Positions 55,808 to 64,000 of a DNA stretch of 64,000 bases are shown here, in pieces. The first letter of the stretch is position 1. The number at the start of each line of letters is the position of its first letter. The notes beneath the pieces were generated by a model that saw only the letters and a list, made by a program, of their open reading frames with translations, did not search any database and was not told the DNA's origin. Position numbers and translations under genes: made by a program. The DNA is taken from positions 138,142 to 202,141 of the forward strand of contig JAKBJL010000001.1 in assembly GCA_021836035.1 (NCBI GenBank). The letters run 5' to 3'. The stretch is from a bacterium. Lineage in GTDB: Bacteria; Patescibacteriota; Microgenomatia; JAMCZE01.

Positions 55808-57543
55808 AAAAGCTCGCCGCCGTTGTTGGCATTCTCTTTGCGCTTTCCGCTTTCCGCCTTACGCTTTCCGCTCCGATTTTTTCTGCCGAGTGTTCCTCTT
55901 CCTGTTCTAATGATGATTTGGATAACTGCATTAAAGAATGCAATAAGCTCTTGGATATATCTATCAATGCCACCAAGCCGCACGAACAGCGGATGGAGCA
56001 GCTGCAGGAAACGATCGCTAACATTGACGCAAACGTCGAGACTTTAACCGGACTGATTGCCCGCAAAAAAGCCCAGATTGAAACCCAGGAAAAAAAGCTC
56101 GGGGGACAGCAAAAGGATTTTGAGGTAAAAGTCCGTAATTATTATGAAAAAAGCTACCAGTTCGGAACCAATTATTTATATACCGTATTATTTTCCCACC
56201 ACAATACCGGGGATGCCGTGCGCAACATTTCCTACCGCCAGAATTTTATTAACAGCGATAAACAGACAATTACCAATTTGGTTTTGCAGTTGATTGATCT
56301 AAATAAAGCCCGGGAAACCCTGGAGGAAAACCAAAATCAATTAACAAATCAAAAAGCGCAGCTGGAAACGATTTTGGCCCCGATCCGGGATCTCGTTAAG
56401 GGAGCAAAAGCTTATCAGTCGCAATTGTCGCAGACAGCAGCGGGCTTGACGAAACGCCAGGAGGAATTGTTGGCGCAGAAAACCGGCAATTTCCAGACCA
56501 GCGTCGGGGATGTGCCGCCCGCGGATGATCCGGCCTCCCGTCCGGACTATAATCCCGGTTTTAGCCCTGCATACGCCGGCTTTTCTTTCGGCGCCCCGCA
56601 CCGCAAGGGGATGAGCCAATATGGAGCTTTCGGCCGGGCCAAACAGGGGCAAAGCGCCGAAGATATTTTGAAAGCTTATTATGGCGGCAGCATCGAGATT
56701 AAAAAAGATTATTCCACTTCCGTAAATATTGCCGTTCAGGGTTACGGGACATATAAAATTGAAGATTACGTTAAAAGAATTTACGAAGTGCCGAACTCCT
56801 GGGGCGACGAGGGCGGTTACGAAGCGCTCAAGGCGCAGGCAGTTGCGGCCCGCTCTTATGCTTTGGCATATACCAGTAACGGTTCCGGTTCCATTTGCGC
56901 GAGCGAATCCTGCCAGGTTTTCCAGGCTGGAGAAAAAGGCGGGAACTGGGGAAGGGCGGTAGATGAAACGCGCGGTTGGGTACTGGTAGCAAACGGCCAG
57001 CCGTTTTCCGCCTGGTACGCCGCTACCTCCGGCGGGTATAACTACTCTTATGCAGCTAATGGTTATAGTACTCCCGGCGGCTGGGATACCAAATGCGGCA
57101 ACCAATCCTGCTGGACTAACGACGCTTATGAAAAAATCGCGGGCAGCCCCTGGTTTTATAAAGCTTGGTACCGGCCGCGCTACACAAGTCCCAGCCGTTC
57201 CCACCCGTGGCTTAATAAGGAGGAGTTTGTCGATATTGTTAATGCGGTACTCTTGTTTGTCAAAGATAACGGTACCCTTTCTCATTTATCCCAGACCGAC
57301 AAATCCAATCCCGATACCTGGTCACGCGACGAGGTCCGCAGCCACCTGGGCGGCGATGCCGTTTCCGAAGTAAACGGTATTTCCGTAACTTATAGTACCG
57401 GCGGCTATACCAGCAGCGTGCATCTGGAAACGGATAAGGGGGGAAAAGACATAGGCGGCGATATTTTTCGCCAGATTTTTAATATCCGGGCTCCGGGCGA
57501 AATCTGGCTGGCCAGCGCTCTTTTTAATATCGAGAAAAAATAG
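55777..57543 (+). CDS. SpoIID/LytB-domain protein with N-terminal anchor and coiled-coil
   Basis: AVAARSYALAYTS...CASESCQVFQAG...SAWYAATSGGYN matches the SpoIID amidase-enhancer domain. Confidence 0.7.
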   Translation: MAKKTRITKVKKLAAVVGILFALSAFRLTLSAPIFSAECSSSCSNDDLDNCIKECNKLLDISINATKPHEQRMEQLQETIANIDANVETLTGLIARKKAQIETQEKKLGGQQKDFEVKVRNYYEKSYQFGTNYLYTVLFSHHNTGDAVRNISYRQNFINSDKQTITNLVLQLIDLNKARETLEENQNQLTNQKAQLETILAPIRDLVKGAKAYQSQLSQTAAGLTKRQEELLAQKTGNFQTSVGDVPPADDPASRPDYNPGFSPAYAGFSFGAPHRKGMSQYGAFGRAKQGQSAEDILKAYYGGSIEIKKDYSTSVNIAVQGYGTYKIEDYVKRIYEVPNSWGDEGGYEALKAQAVAARSYALAYTSNGSGSICASESCQVFQAGEKGGNWGRAVDETRGWVLVANGQPFSAWYAATSGGYNYSYAANGYSTPGGWDTKCGNQSCWTNDAYEKIAGSPWFYKAWYRPRYTSPSRSHPWLNKEEFVDIVNAVLLFVKDNGTLSHLSQTDKSNPDTWSRDEVRSHLGGDAVSEVNGISVTYSTGGYTSSVHLETDKGGKDIGGDIFRQIFNIRAPGEIWLASALFNIEKK

Positions 57544-57594
57544 AAAAGCGCCGATCTTGTCAATCTGATTCCGATCTGCTAATCTCAGATTGTT

Positions 57595-58296
57595 ATGGCT
57601 CGCATCAAATTGGCCCCGGCTGCTGAGTCGGAATCGGCCCCTCCGGAACCTACGGCCTCGCCGGTTGCCGCGCCCGCGGAAGTCACCGCGTCGCCTGCAA
57701 ACGGCGTGGACCGGGAATTAAAACAAAAATCCGGGGGCCGCTTTTCCGCTTTTGCTGCTTTTCCCGACGGGGTGAGTTTTACCGGCGAGGAGACCGGTGA
57801 AAATGTAATTTTACTTTTACGCCAACATATAATTACCAACGTTCCTTGGATTTTGGTAACAACCCTCCTTCTCTTAGCCCCGCTGGTTTTATTTCCCGCC
57901 TTTTTTATGGCGGGTATTATTCCGCCTGTTCCCGCCGGTTTTCGCCTGGTAGCTCTGCTTTTTTGGTATTTGGCAACGGGCACCTATGTCCTTTTAAATT
58001 TTCTCTATTGGTACTTTAATGCTTATCTTTTGACCAACGAACGGGTGGTGGATATCGATTGGTTTTCCATTATCTACCGTCGGGTAAGTTCTGCGCAGGT
58101 GAGTAAAATTCAGGATATCAGCGCGACGCAAAGCGGGGTGGTTGCCGGTATTTTTGATTTCGGCGATGTCGTGATCCAAACCGCAGGGGAGTTGCCGAAT
58201 TTTGATTTTGAAAACGTCCCGCATCCCCAGTTGGTAGCCAAAAAACTGAACGAAATGACGGAAAAGGAAGAAAAGCAATGGGAGGCTAATCCGTGA
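57595..58296 (+). CDS. Bacterial PH-domain (YdbS/YdbT-like) membrane protein
   Basis: Pro/Ala-rich N-terminus, two TM helices, then a bPH_2-like region (TNERVVDIDWFSIIYRRVSSAQVSKIQDI). Confidence 0.55.
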   Translation: MARIKLAPAAESESAPPEPTASPVAAPAEVTASPANGVDRELKQKSGGRFSAFAAFPDGVSFTGEETGENVILLLRQHIITNVPWILVTTLLLLAPLVLFPAFFMAGIIPPVPAGFRLVALLFWYLATGTYVLLNFLYWYFNAYLLTNERVVDIDWFSIIYRRVSSAQVSKIQDISATQSGVVAGIFDFGDVVIQTAGELPNFDFENVPHPQLVAKKLNEMTEKEEKQWEANP

Positions 58297-58529
58297 CCGT
58301 AGAGAATATTGCCGCCATTATTGCCTTGTTAAATATCTGGCTGTTTATCAAGTTGTTTGTTTTAGTTTTATTGTTTTTCTATTTTGTTCTTTCGCTGATT
58401 ATTACCCGGCAGGTTGACCTCATGAACCAGGTATTGGGGACGAGAATTTCGCCGGCCATTCAAACAGCTGTGGTTTTCCACGCGATTGCCGTGGGCATTC
58501 TTTTTTTCCTGGCGGTAGTCTTAATATAG
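58293..58529 (+). CDS. Small membrane protein (78 aa, 2 TM)
   Basis: Translationally coupled to the upstream gene (ATGA overlap). Confidence 0.4.
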   Translation: MTVENIAAIIALLNIWLFIKLFVLVLLFFYFVLSLIITRQVDLMNQVLGTRISPAIQTAVVFHAIAVGILFFLAVVLI

Positions 58530-58564
58530 GTTTTTTGCCTTGCTCCGTTGCGTTATACTAAGAT

Positions 58565-60577
58565 ATGCGAAAGCTCCTGTCCCAGACCTGCGTTAAGGTT
58601 TCCGGTAACCCCGCTCCCGGCAAGCTTTCTCTTGCTTTTGAATTTTCTCCGGAGGCGGAAGAAATCAGAACCACCCGGGGCAAACTTTTCGGGGCTCTGG
58701 AAATTTTTGACGGAGGAGAAGAAATCGATACGGCCCTGGGTAAAAGCGCCGTCGATTTTCTGGAGGAAACTTATTTTACCAACCTGGCTGGTTCCAATCT
58801 CACGGCGCTTAAGGAAGCTCTGGGTAAAGCGGTGGAATATGTTCGGGAACGGTTTCACGGCGGGACGGTCAATATCAATGTCGCCCTGGCGGTAGTCTGG
58901 GGAGAAATTGTGTATTTAGCGATTGCCGGGAGAGGGAAGGTAAACCTGTTGCGTCAGGGAAATTTAACCACTCTTCTGTGTGATGATAAAAGCGAATTTG
59001 TCCAGGGGGCTTCCGGATATGCCGGCGATCGGGACATCCTGGTTTTACAGACCGACAGCTTCGGGCAGATTGTTTCCGGGGAACAGCTTAAGAGCTTGCT
59101 GACCGAGAGAGATCCGGCGGAAGCAGCGGAAGCTTTGGTGCCGCTGATTCACAGCGAAGCGGCGGAAGGCGGGGGGGCGGGGGCCGCGGCGGTAATTTTG
59201 CAGTTTAAAGTAGCCGAAGTTCCGTCCGAAGAGGAGATGATTCGTTTTACGGTTCCGGAGGAAATGGTTCCCCAGCAGATTATCCCGACGGCTTTACCGG
59301 TTGCGGAATCGGGGGTGAAACTTGCGGCGCAAATGACCGGTATCCGGCAGAAAATAATAGGGAAGACGGAAAATTTTTTGCATACCCTTTTTGCCAAAAC
59401 CCCGGCGCGTCGTCCGGTTTATCTAATCTCCGGTTACCAAAAAACAAGCAATAAAAAAGCCATCCTTCTGGTTTTGGCGGTCCTGGTTTTTCTGGTTCTG
59501 ATTATTGCCGTCGTGCAACAGTTATTTATCCGCCAGAGTATCAACCGCTCCGGTTTGTTAAAAGAAGGCATGGCGCGGGTAGAGAAAAAAATGGACATCG
59601 GGATGTCGCTTAAGGGACTGAACGACCCGCTCGCTCGCAGTACCCTTTTAGAAGCTAAGGGGGACCTGACGGAGCTGGCGGTCCGCTTGTACGGGAAGGA
59701 GTGGGAAAGCAGTAAAAATGCCGATTTGGCTTCGGTGCGCTTATTGCAGGAAAAGATTGGGAACAATATTGCGGAAATTGCCCGGATTTATAAAGTCGAC
59801 TCCCCTACCACGTTTTACGACGTTAGCTTTTTAAAGGATAACGCCAAAATTTCCGCTGCCGTGCTGCGCGACGGGAGAATTACAGCGATAGATCGCGATT
59901 CCGGAACCGTTTTTCAGGTTGATGATAAAACTAAAGCTGGAACGCTCATTGCCGGGGACGAAAACTTTCGCGGAGCCAAATTTGTCGGCGTTCGGGCGGA
60001 TCTGGTTTATATTTTTGCGGACAAGGGCATTTATCAGATTAATACCTTAAATAATAAAAAGAGCCTGGCCATATCTTCCGATTCTCAATGGCAGGAAATT
60101 GGCGATTTGGCGACTTATGCGGGAAATATTTATTTATTGGATAAGAAAGCCGGGCAGATCTGGAAATATATGGCGACGGAAAACGGCCTCAGTACCGTCC
60201 GCAATTACCTTAATACTGATATCAAACCGGATTTTAGCCAAGCCCTGTCGCTGGCCATCGACGGCTCAGTCTACGTTTTACGTGCTGATGGGAATATCGT
60301 GAAATATACCCAGGGGCAACCGGATCCCCTAACGCTTTCCGGTTTGGACAAACCCCTTTCCAATCCCCGGAAAATCATCGCGGCCGACGATTTGGATAAA
60401 ATCTATCTTTGGGATGCGGGGAATAACCGGATAGTGACTTTTGACCAAAAAGGAGAGTACTTTTCCCAATATCAGTTTAAAAACGATTTTAAACCCGCTG
60501 ACTTTTTAGTTGACGAAGCGGCAAAGAAGCTCTTTCTCCTCTCCGGCAGCAAAATTTATAGCGTGGATTTGAAATAG
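58565..60577 (+). CDS. Hypothetical membrane protein: N-terminal globular domain, one TM helix, C-terminal beta-propeller-like repeats
   Basis: TM helix ILLVLAVLVFLVLIIAVV at about residue 300. Repeats IYLLDKKAGQIWKY / VYVLRADGNIVKY / IYLWDAGNNRIVTF suggest NHL/YVTN-like blades. Confidence 0.45.
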   Translation: MRKLLSQTCVKVSGNPAPGKLSLAFEFSPEAEEIRTTRGKLFGALEIFDGGEEIDTALGKSAVDFLEETYFTNLAGSNLTALKEALGKAVEYVRERFHGGTVNINVALAVVWGEIVYLAIAGRGKVNLLRQGNLTTLLCDDKSEFVQGASGYAGDRDILVLQTDSFGQIVSGEQLKSLLTERDPAEAAEALVPLIHSEAAEGGGAGAAAVILQFKVAEVPSEEEMIRFTVPEEMVPQQIIPTALPVAESGVKLAAQMTGIRQKIIGKTENFLHTLFAKTPARRPVYLISGYQKTSNKKAILLVLAVLVFLVLIIAVVQQLFIRQSINRSGLLKEGMARVEKKMDIGMSLKGLNDPLARSTLLEAKGDLTELAVRLYGKEWESSKNADLASVRLLQEKIGNNIAEIARIYKVDSPTTFYDVSFLKDNAKISAAVLRDGRITAIDRDSGTVFQVDDKTKAGTLIAGDENFRGAKFVGVRADLVYIFADKGIYQINTLNNKKSLAISSDSQWQEIGDLATYAGNIYLLDKKAGQIWKYMATENGLSTVRNYLNTDIKPDFSQALSLAIDGSVYVLRADGNIVKYTQGQPDPLTLSGLDKPLSNPRKIIAADDLDKIYLWDAGNNRIVTFDQKGEYFSQYQFKNDFKPADFLVDEAAKKLFLLSGSKIYSVDLK

Positions 60578-60579
60578 TC

Positions 60580-60852
60580 TTATTCGGTATTGAATTCGCG
60601 AAAATTTCTTTGGGATGTCTCCAATTTAACGGCTGCCTCCTCTACCCTAGCCGCCGGCGGGCCTTTTTTTAATAGCCCGAGAAACTTTGCTAGATTTTCT
60701 TTTTTTCCTTCGGCAATAATTTCTACCCGCCCATCGGGAAGATTTCTTGCCAGACCTGTTAATCCTAATTTATCCGCCTGCGTTTTTGCCCAGGCGCGAA
60801 GGAATACTCCCTGGACCCGGCCGGAAAGGAAAACATGAAGACGGGAAGGCAT
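60580..60852 (-). CDS. acyP: Acylphosphatase
   Basis: MPSRLHVFLSGRVQGVFLRAWAKTQADKLGLTGLARNLPDGRVEIIAEG matches the AcyP signature. Start moved to the internal Met because the longer ORF overlaps the tRNA. Confidence 0.7.
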   Translation of the reverse strand: MPSRLHVFLSGRVQGVFLRAWAKTQADKLGLTGLARNLPDGRVEIIAEGKKENLAKFLGLLKKGPPAARVEEAAVKLETSQRNFREFNTE

Positions 60853-60856
60853 AAGG

Positions 60857-60943
60857 CGGAAGGTACAGGATTCGAACCTGTGTGAGCCTATTCGGCTCAA
60901 GGGGTTAGCAACCCCTCGCTTTGGGCCACTCAGCCAACCTTCC
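60857..60943 (-). tRNA. tRNA-Ser (anticodon GCU)
   Basis: Manual fold: acceptor GGAAGGT/ACCTTCC, a Ser-type D-arm, anticodon loop TTGCTAA, a long variable arm (TGAGCCGAATAGGCTCAC), T-arm ACAGG-TTCGAAT-CCTGT, discriminator G. 87 nt. Confidence 0.8.
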
Positions 60944-60959
60944 AGACCCCAAGATTATA

Positions 60960-61646
60960 TCATCTAGCTTTTATCAGTTCTCCAATAAAGCATTCGTATA
61001 TCCCTAATAATTTCAATTGGACTTTGTAATCACCATACTTTAAAGTGCAGGTTCCCTTATAATCTTCTCGATGTTTTCCTCCATGAGGGGTGGTAATTGT
61101 AGGCTTGATGAAAACCTCCGTTGGAAGCTTAAGTAAATTTGACCAATAACTTTTTAGGGAATCAAAATCATGATTCGAATGGATTTGCAGATGAACCGAA
61201 AATTTTTCCTCATTTAGGTAAAACGATCTCCTCAGAAGATTTATAAAGGTTGCAACAAGGAAAGGGTTACTATTGGAAAAAGCTACTCCGCGATTGTTTG
61301 GATATTTCGATCCCTCACAACCATATAATAAACCCGCAAGTAACTTGGCCTTTGGCGAGGATAGAGAACAAACTTTGGGAACTATCCCAATCTCTGACTC
61401 TTTGATCTCACCACACTGTTTCCTATGTCGCCCAATTAAATAATCTCTAGATGTTCCGACCAATTCAAGATTCCAATTGCCAATGGTAGTATCGGGAATA
61501 TTAAATCTTTTACCAAGCTCAGAAAACGAGAGTTTTTCCTTTATTCTTGTTTCTTTGATTTGATTAACCAAGCTGTCGCTATATCTTTTTAGTGGCTTAG
61601 AATTCATAATGGTATATAAACCATTATTATATGACAAAGATATCAT
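60960..61646 (-). mobile_element. Free-standing LAGLIDADG homing endonuclease gene (228 aa), AT-rich relative to its surroundings
   Basis: Single LAGLIDADG motif (KAKLLAGLLYGCEGSK) plus the second signature FLVATFINLLR. GC content is visibly lower (about 35%) than the neighbours (about 50%). Wedged with 2-17 nt spacers between comFC and tRNA-Ser. Confidence 0.7.
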
Positions 61647-61649
61647 GTC

Positions 61650-62315
61650 AACGGGCTAAAGTAAGCGCGAAGACTTTCGGAAATCCCACATGTTTTAAGA
61701 CTGACCCGCAGCTTTTTAGGGTCGTCCCTGTTGTCCAAATGCCATCGACAAGAATGAGCGTATAACGGTTAGCGGAAAGCGTAAAGTTGAAACTGGGATT
61801 AATAGCGAAAATACCGGCCACATTTTTTGCCGCTCCTTTTCGGAAAGGCCCCGCTGTGATTCGGTCAGTGTGGTTCCGTTGAGTAAATTTTCCGCGACCG
61901 GAATACTTAGTTGTTTACTTAATTCCCGCGCCAAACTCGTTGACTGATTAAATCCGCGCTGTTTTTCCTTCCACCAATGCAGCGGTACCGGAATAAGAAG
62001 AAGATTGTCAAACTGTCTTTTTAAAATTGTGATCTACGGCTGAACAGCGCTTTGCTCCAATAAAATTTTTATCAGCCCTGCGGAAGCCGCGAAAGTGAAC
62101 GGCCGGAATTTTAAACGGCTGATAGCGTTTTTGATCGGTTGCTGATAAATAAATCCCGATAACAATCCGTCGAGGGAATATTTTGTCTGACAGCGGAAAT
62201 GGGTCCGGCCATGAATCGCGGGATATTCACAAACCGGGCAAACCCGGGGATTAACCGAATAATTTTCCCGGCAATCCTGACAAAAATAAACCCCGGTTTT
62301 CCACGCCCCAAACAC
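61650..62315 (-). pseudogene. comFC: comFC-like (ComF amidophosphoribosyltransferase family) gene disrupted by an in-frame TAG and a frameshift
   Basis: N-terminal zinc finger (CQDCRENY...CPVCEYP). A TAG stop at 62034-62036 (minus strand), then the in-frame IPVPLHWWKEKQRGFNQS ComF motif. A later +1 shift within an A6 run is needed to reach the PRTase motif LVDGIWTTGTTL...ALTLAR. Confidence 0.6.
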
Positions 62316-62379
62316 CCCAGGAGAAACAGAAAATTTAATCTTCTTCCCCCAAAAGGATCGACTGTTATAATCATATTAT

Positions 62380-62817
62380 ATGCGCGTAATTAATCGCACC
62401 GCCAACTATAATTATGACATTTTGGAAAAATTAGAAGCCGGGATTGATTTGTTGGGGCCGGAGGTAAAATCCGTGCGCGCCGGCCAAGTTTCTTTAAACG
62501 AAGCTTTTGTGCACATTCGGGACGGCCAGGCGTATTTGGTTAACGCCCACATTCACCCTTACCAAAATTCCCAGGAATCGATCCTTCCTACCCGGGCGCG
62601 CCGGTTGCTTTTCCATAAAAAAGAAATCATAAGTTTAGCAAGTAAAGCCGCCACAGAAGGTTTGACCCTTATACCCCTGGCGCTGTATAATAAGGGCAAC
62701 ATCTTTAAGGTTGAGGTGGGACTAGGCAAGGGGAAAAAGAAGTGGGATAAGCGGGAAGCCTTAAAGAAAAAAGCCCAGGAAAGAGAAATCGATATCGCAT
62801 TACGAGGAAAAGAGTAA
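62380..62817 (+). CDS. smpB: SsrA-binding protein SmpB
   Basis: NYDILEKLEAGIDLLGPEVKSVRAGQVSL...LLFHKKEI and a basic C-terminal tail. Confidence 0.85.
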   Translation: MRVINRTANYNYDILEKLEAGIDLLGPEVKSVRAGQVSLNEAFVHIRDGQAYLVNAHIHPYQNSQESILPTRARRLLFHKKEIISLASKAATEGLTLIPLALYNKGNIFKVEVGLGKGKKKWDKREALKKKAQEREIDIALRGKE

Positions 62818-62842
62818 TTAGAGCAAGCGATTAAAAATTATC

Positions 62843-63201
62843 GTTTGGGGATGTACGAATCGACGGGAGAGCACTTTGAAAACGGCAAGCCGAAGAAGAA
62901 ACCTACTTCGTAAAAGATGGTTTCAAAACTTAAGTGCTGATAATCATCAGTACGCGTACGCTTACGCTTAAAAACGTAGACTAACGCTGTTCCCTAAATC
63001 TTTTTCCGGTGAGATTTTCGGAGCATAAACAAAGCCGGGATGCTGAAGACAAAGTTTGATTCTCTTTATCTTTATAAGCCGAACAATCACGCAATAATTT
63101 TCTTGTCGGCCCGACCAATTATTGCAAGAGTAAGAACCGAATAAGCTTGTAGATGTTTAGAAGTCACTTTCTCGCACGGGAGCTCACCCTCCCCATCTCC
63201 A
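62843..63201 (+). ncRNA. ssrA: tmRNA (ssrA); 3' end approximate
   Basis: 5' end GGGGATGTACGAATCGACGGGAG matches the conserved tmRNA 5' region. The 3' acceptor CATCTCC-A pairs with GGGGATG and gives a G3:U70 pair and discriminator A. Candidate tag frame GCT GAT AAT CAT CAG TAC GCG TAC GCT TAC GCT TAA (ADNHQYAYAYA). About 359 nt, directly downstream of smpB. Confidence 0.55.
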
Positions 63202-63446
63202 CATCGCGGAAACCCAGTTCAGAAACCCTCTGGATTAGCTGTATCGAATAAGACAAACCAGGAGATCCAAACCCATTGCCGACAAATAGCCAGCAACCTA
63301 ATCTCTGTCGGGGTTTCTAACACGAACATCCTCCACCTGTATCCCCCGAAAACAATCGGTGTAGTCAATAATCCGACCGCAATTAGGAATAGACCGGAAG
63401 CACCGATTGATTTGACCAAGGAAACTAAATATACTATTCATAGTTC

Positions 63447-63929
63447 ATGAAAAATTTTGGAACTATCTTCTTGGTTGCAATGGCTATTTTAATGGCATTG
63501 CTGGCGTTTGGAAGCCTCAGTACGCCTGTTCCTGCCGCCGAGAAAGCGATAACGTTTCGTGATTTTATGATAATGTCCGGGTCGCTTTTAGCGATGTTGG
63601 TAATCTTTAATGTTGTCAAGACGCCTGCAGCCCCTCTTAAAATTTGTCCAAAATGCGGGACAAACAACCTCCGGACTGCAACTATTTGCGTACAATGCGG
63701 GCAACAGCTTGGCGATGTTACCACTACTACTGTCCAAGGCGTAGCAACACCCATTCAATATCTAAGCTCACCGCAAATGATTGTGGGAATTGTCTGCATG
63801 GCGTTTCTGGTAAATAGCGGCTTACTCGACAAAGACCTTACCGGCTTCTTTGCCCTCACGGGGGCGATCCTTGTAATCAAGACATGTGCTTTGATGATCT
63901 GGGGTTTTATAAAAGCCAGGCCAAAATAA
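63447..63929 (+). CDS. Membrane protein with a central zinc-ribbon (CPKCG...CVQCG)
   Basis: Two N-terminal and two C-terminal TM helices flank a CxxC...CxxC loop. Confidence 0.4.
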   Translation: MKNFGTIFLVAMAILMALLAFGSLSTPVPAAEKAITFRDFMIMSGSLLAMLVIFNVVKTPAAPLKICPKCGTNNLRTATICVQCGQQLGDVTTTTVQGVATPIQYLSSPQMIVGIVCMAFLVNSGLLDKDLTGFFALTGAILVIKTCALMIWGFIKARPK

Positions 63930-63936
63930 CCCTCTT

Positions 63937-64000
63937 ATGAAGTGTCCAAATTGCCAATTTGAAAATAATCCAGACACAAAATTTTGTGTCAAGTGCGGAA
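63937..64000 (+). CDS. Zinc-ribbon protein, 5' fragment (window edge)
   Basis: MKCPNCQFENNPDTKFCVKCG; the ORF continues beyond the window. Confidence 0.35.
   Translation, partial: MKCPNCQFENNPDTKFCVKCG

Noticed and set aside
57550-57590. Inverted repeat caatctga...tcagattg upstream of the PH-domain gene
   Set aside because: It may be a small regulatory hairpin or terminator for the SpoIID gene. The 8-bp stem with an 18-nt loop and no T-run is too weak to call.
62034-62036. In-frame TAG in comFC as possible stop-codon reassignment
   Set aside because: TAG ends other well-supported genes in the window (e.g. the pilin-like gene ending at 15003), so the code appears standard. It is treated as a pseudogene or sequencing error.
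63219-63754. Minus-strand ORFs 63219..63419 and 63434..63754
   Set aside because: The first lies in the AT-rich spacer after the tmRNA. The second is antisense to the better-supported zinc-ribbon membrane protein gene. There is no motif support for either.

Overview
This 64 kb window looks like it comes from a small-genome, Gram-positive-type bacterium, most likely a CPR/Patescibacteria-like lineage. Evidence: genes are tightly packed and often overlap by 4-26 nt, there are many membrane or surface proteins, and a sortase-type sorting signal is present. The window spans the chromosomal origin: jag-yidC-yidD-rnpA-rpmH on the minus strand faces dnaA-dnaN on the plus strand, and DnaA boxes cluster in the dnaA-dnaN spacer. 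Other housekeeping genes are a partial uvrD/pcrA helicase, tpiA, murJ, lepA, rpsT, rplY, rnhA, valS, tsaD, smpB plus an adjacent tmRNA, acylphosphatase and tRNA-Ser(GCU). There is also a large set of cell-envelope genes: an LCP protein, an LPXTG protein, a 975-aa surface protein, an epimerase fused to a DUF4012 domain, a Wzx-type flippase, an O-antigen-ligase-like protein, GT-C-type glycosyltransferases, VanW, SpoIID, and pilN/pilO. Two things stand out. (1) Housekeeping genes lepA and tsaD carry short heptanucleotide tandem repeats, and lepA also has two copies of a 76-77 bp palindrome-containing mini-element. These do not break the reading frames and resemble the in-frame palindromic elements of Rickettsia. 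(2) Components of a type IV secretion-like (T4SS-like) apparatus are scattered across the window. They are four tandem VirB2-like two-helix proteins next to a VirB6-like polytopic protein, a VirB4 ATPase encoded as two adjacent ORFs, a PrgI/VirB3-like fusion protein, and a 900-aa membrane protein ending in an M23 peptidase domain. No VirD4 coupling protein, relaxase or VirB8 is present. Other notable items: an AT-rich free-standing LAGLIDADG endonuclease gene wedged between tRNA-Ser and a comFC pseudogene; an 830-bp tract holding remnants of two genes; and an uncharacterised 621-aa protein.
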